NCBI GenBank assembly: GCA_010029945.1
Contig: RGQW01000001.1
Coordinates: forward strand, 1-54,255
Reading direction: 5' to 3'
From: Actinomycetota bacterium
GTDB lineage: Bacteria; Actinomycetota; Actinomycetes; S36-B12
Length of the DNA: 54,255 nt
Shown piece after piece: positions 53,323 to 54,255 of this stretch (position 1 is the stretch's first letter; each line of letters begins with the position of its first letter). The position numbers were made by a program, and so were the translations under genes. Below the pieces are notes generated by a model. It saw only the letters and a program-made list of their open reading frames with translations. It was not told the origin of the DNA and ran no database searches.

Positions 53323-54255
53323 CTACGCCAGGGGGATTCTGATCCAGAAGGACGAACCCACCCCTGGACTGCTGGTGACCGCAGCGGCGCCCCCCATGCG
53401 TGAGGCGAGTCGATCGACAAGCGCCAGGCCCAGTCCGGTGCCGACGGGCCGCACACCGCGATATCGCTCGTGCAACGCGCCTGGCTCGAAGGCGACAGCA
53501 AGGTCGTCCTCGCTTAAACCAGGGCCGCTGTCCCGAACCTCAATGACGGCAAACGAGCCATCCGCGATCGCAGCGTCCGTATGGATCGCGAGATGAATCT
53601 GCGACCCCTGGGGAGAAACCCGTAGGGCGTTCTCCATCAGGTTGTCGATGATTTGGCGAAGGCGCATCGCATCCACGTGGACGTGGACGGGCCGCGCTGC
53701 TTCCGCGAGCGTCAAGGTGACACCATCGCGATCGCATCGAGTTCGCCACACCTCTGCTGCCTCGGTGAGGATCTCCCGAACGTCGACGTCGGTTGCATTG
53801 ACATGAAAGTCAGCGGCACCCAATCGCGCGAGGTCGAGAAGGTCGTGGACGAGTCGATCCAAACGACTCGCCTCGTGACCGATGGTCGCACCGACACTCG
53901 TCAGTTGCTCGGGGTCGAGGATGTCGTCGTTGAGGGCTTCCGCGTAACCCCTGATCGCCGTGAGTGGCGTTCGCAGCTCGTGAGAGACCGACAGCAAGAA
54001 CTCTCGTTGGCGACCTTCGGACGTCGCGAGGGCTGCGTTCAGGGCATTCAACGCCTCGGCGATATCCGCGACTTCCGCTGGCCCCCGCGGGGTGAGGCGC
54101 TCATCCCTTTCCCCGCCCGCCATGCGATGGGCGACTCCTTGGGCGTCGCGCAAAGGACGGGAGAGCCGTCGCGCGACAAGGTAAGCAATGCCGACGGAGA
54201 TAACCAAGCCCAGCGCCAGAGCGGCCGCAATTCGTGCGAGGAATTTCGTGCCGAG
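53323..54255 (-). CDS. sensor histidine kinase, partial (5' end beyond the window)
   Basis: A TM/HAMP region (ISVGIAYLVARRLSRPL), H-box FLLSVSHELRTPLTAIRGY, and N and G boxes (DNLMENALR, DSGPGL, GTGLGLALV). The frame stays open to the window edge. Confidence 0.88.
   Translation of the reverse strand, partial: LGTKFLARIAAALALGLVISVGIAYLVARRLSRPLRDAQGVAHRMAGGERDERLTPRGPAEVADIAEALNALNAALATSEGRQREFLLSVSHELRTPLTAIRGYAEALNDDILDPEQLTSVGATIGHEASRLDRLVHDLLDLARLGAADFHVNATDVDVREILTEAAEVWRTRCDRDGVTLTLAEAARPVHVHVDAMRLRQIIDNLMENALRVSPQGSQIHLAIHTDAAIADGSFAVIEVRDSGPGLSEDDLAVAFEPGALHERYRGVRPVGTGLGLALVDRLASRMGGAAAVTSSPGVGSSFWIRIPLA

Overview
High-GC actinobacterial chromosomal segment made up almost entirely of core housekeeping genes, nearly all on the minus strand. 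Reading the minus strand from right to left: a partial sensor histidine kinase, a DUF2752-like protein, trpC-trpB-trpA, a DsbA-like oxidoreductase, lgt, gltB-gltD and pyk. Next comes a ~19 kb gap-free, largely translationally coupled array: pyrR-pyrB-pyrC-(membrane protein)-carA-carB-pyrK-pyrD-pyrF-gmk-rpoZ-coaBC-metK-priA-def-fmt-rsmB. After that: a divergent IMPase-family gene (+), rpe-ribD-ribE-ribBA-ribH, hisE-hisG, an MFS transporter (+), SseB-like and DUF1844-like proteins, infC-rpmI-rplT, a TrmH-family methyltransferase, an orphan AspH-like cupin followed by cysD-cysNC, pheS-pheT, argC-argJ and a truncated argB. I found no rRNA, tRNA, CRISPR array, transposase, integrase or defence-type genes. 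I do not see a convincing new multi-gene system, and most of the window is ordinary conserved synteny. The observations most worth a second look are: (1) an abrupt compositional and homology break at the left edge (1-160), where argB is cut off and an unrelated low-GC gene begins; (2) a three-gene insertion (AspH-like putative 2OG/Fe oxygenase + cysD + cysNC) inside the otherwise conserved rplT-trmH-pheST block; (3) several cis-regulatory signals readable from the sequence: an ARG-box palindrome on a probably leaderless argC, a PyrR-type hairpin over the pyrR ribosome-binding site, and a non-canonical ATC start plus structured leader for infC; (4) smaller oddities: a 98-nt pyrD/pyrF overlap, a PriA with degenerate Walker motifs, unexplained direct repeats and in-frame 9-bp tandem repeats. 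Start codons were adjusted by hand where the longest ORF clearly over-extends. All family calls rest on motif recognition by eye, not on database searches.
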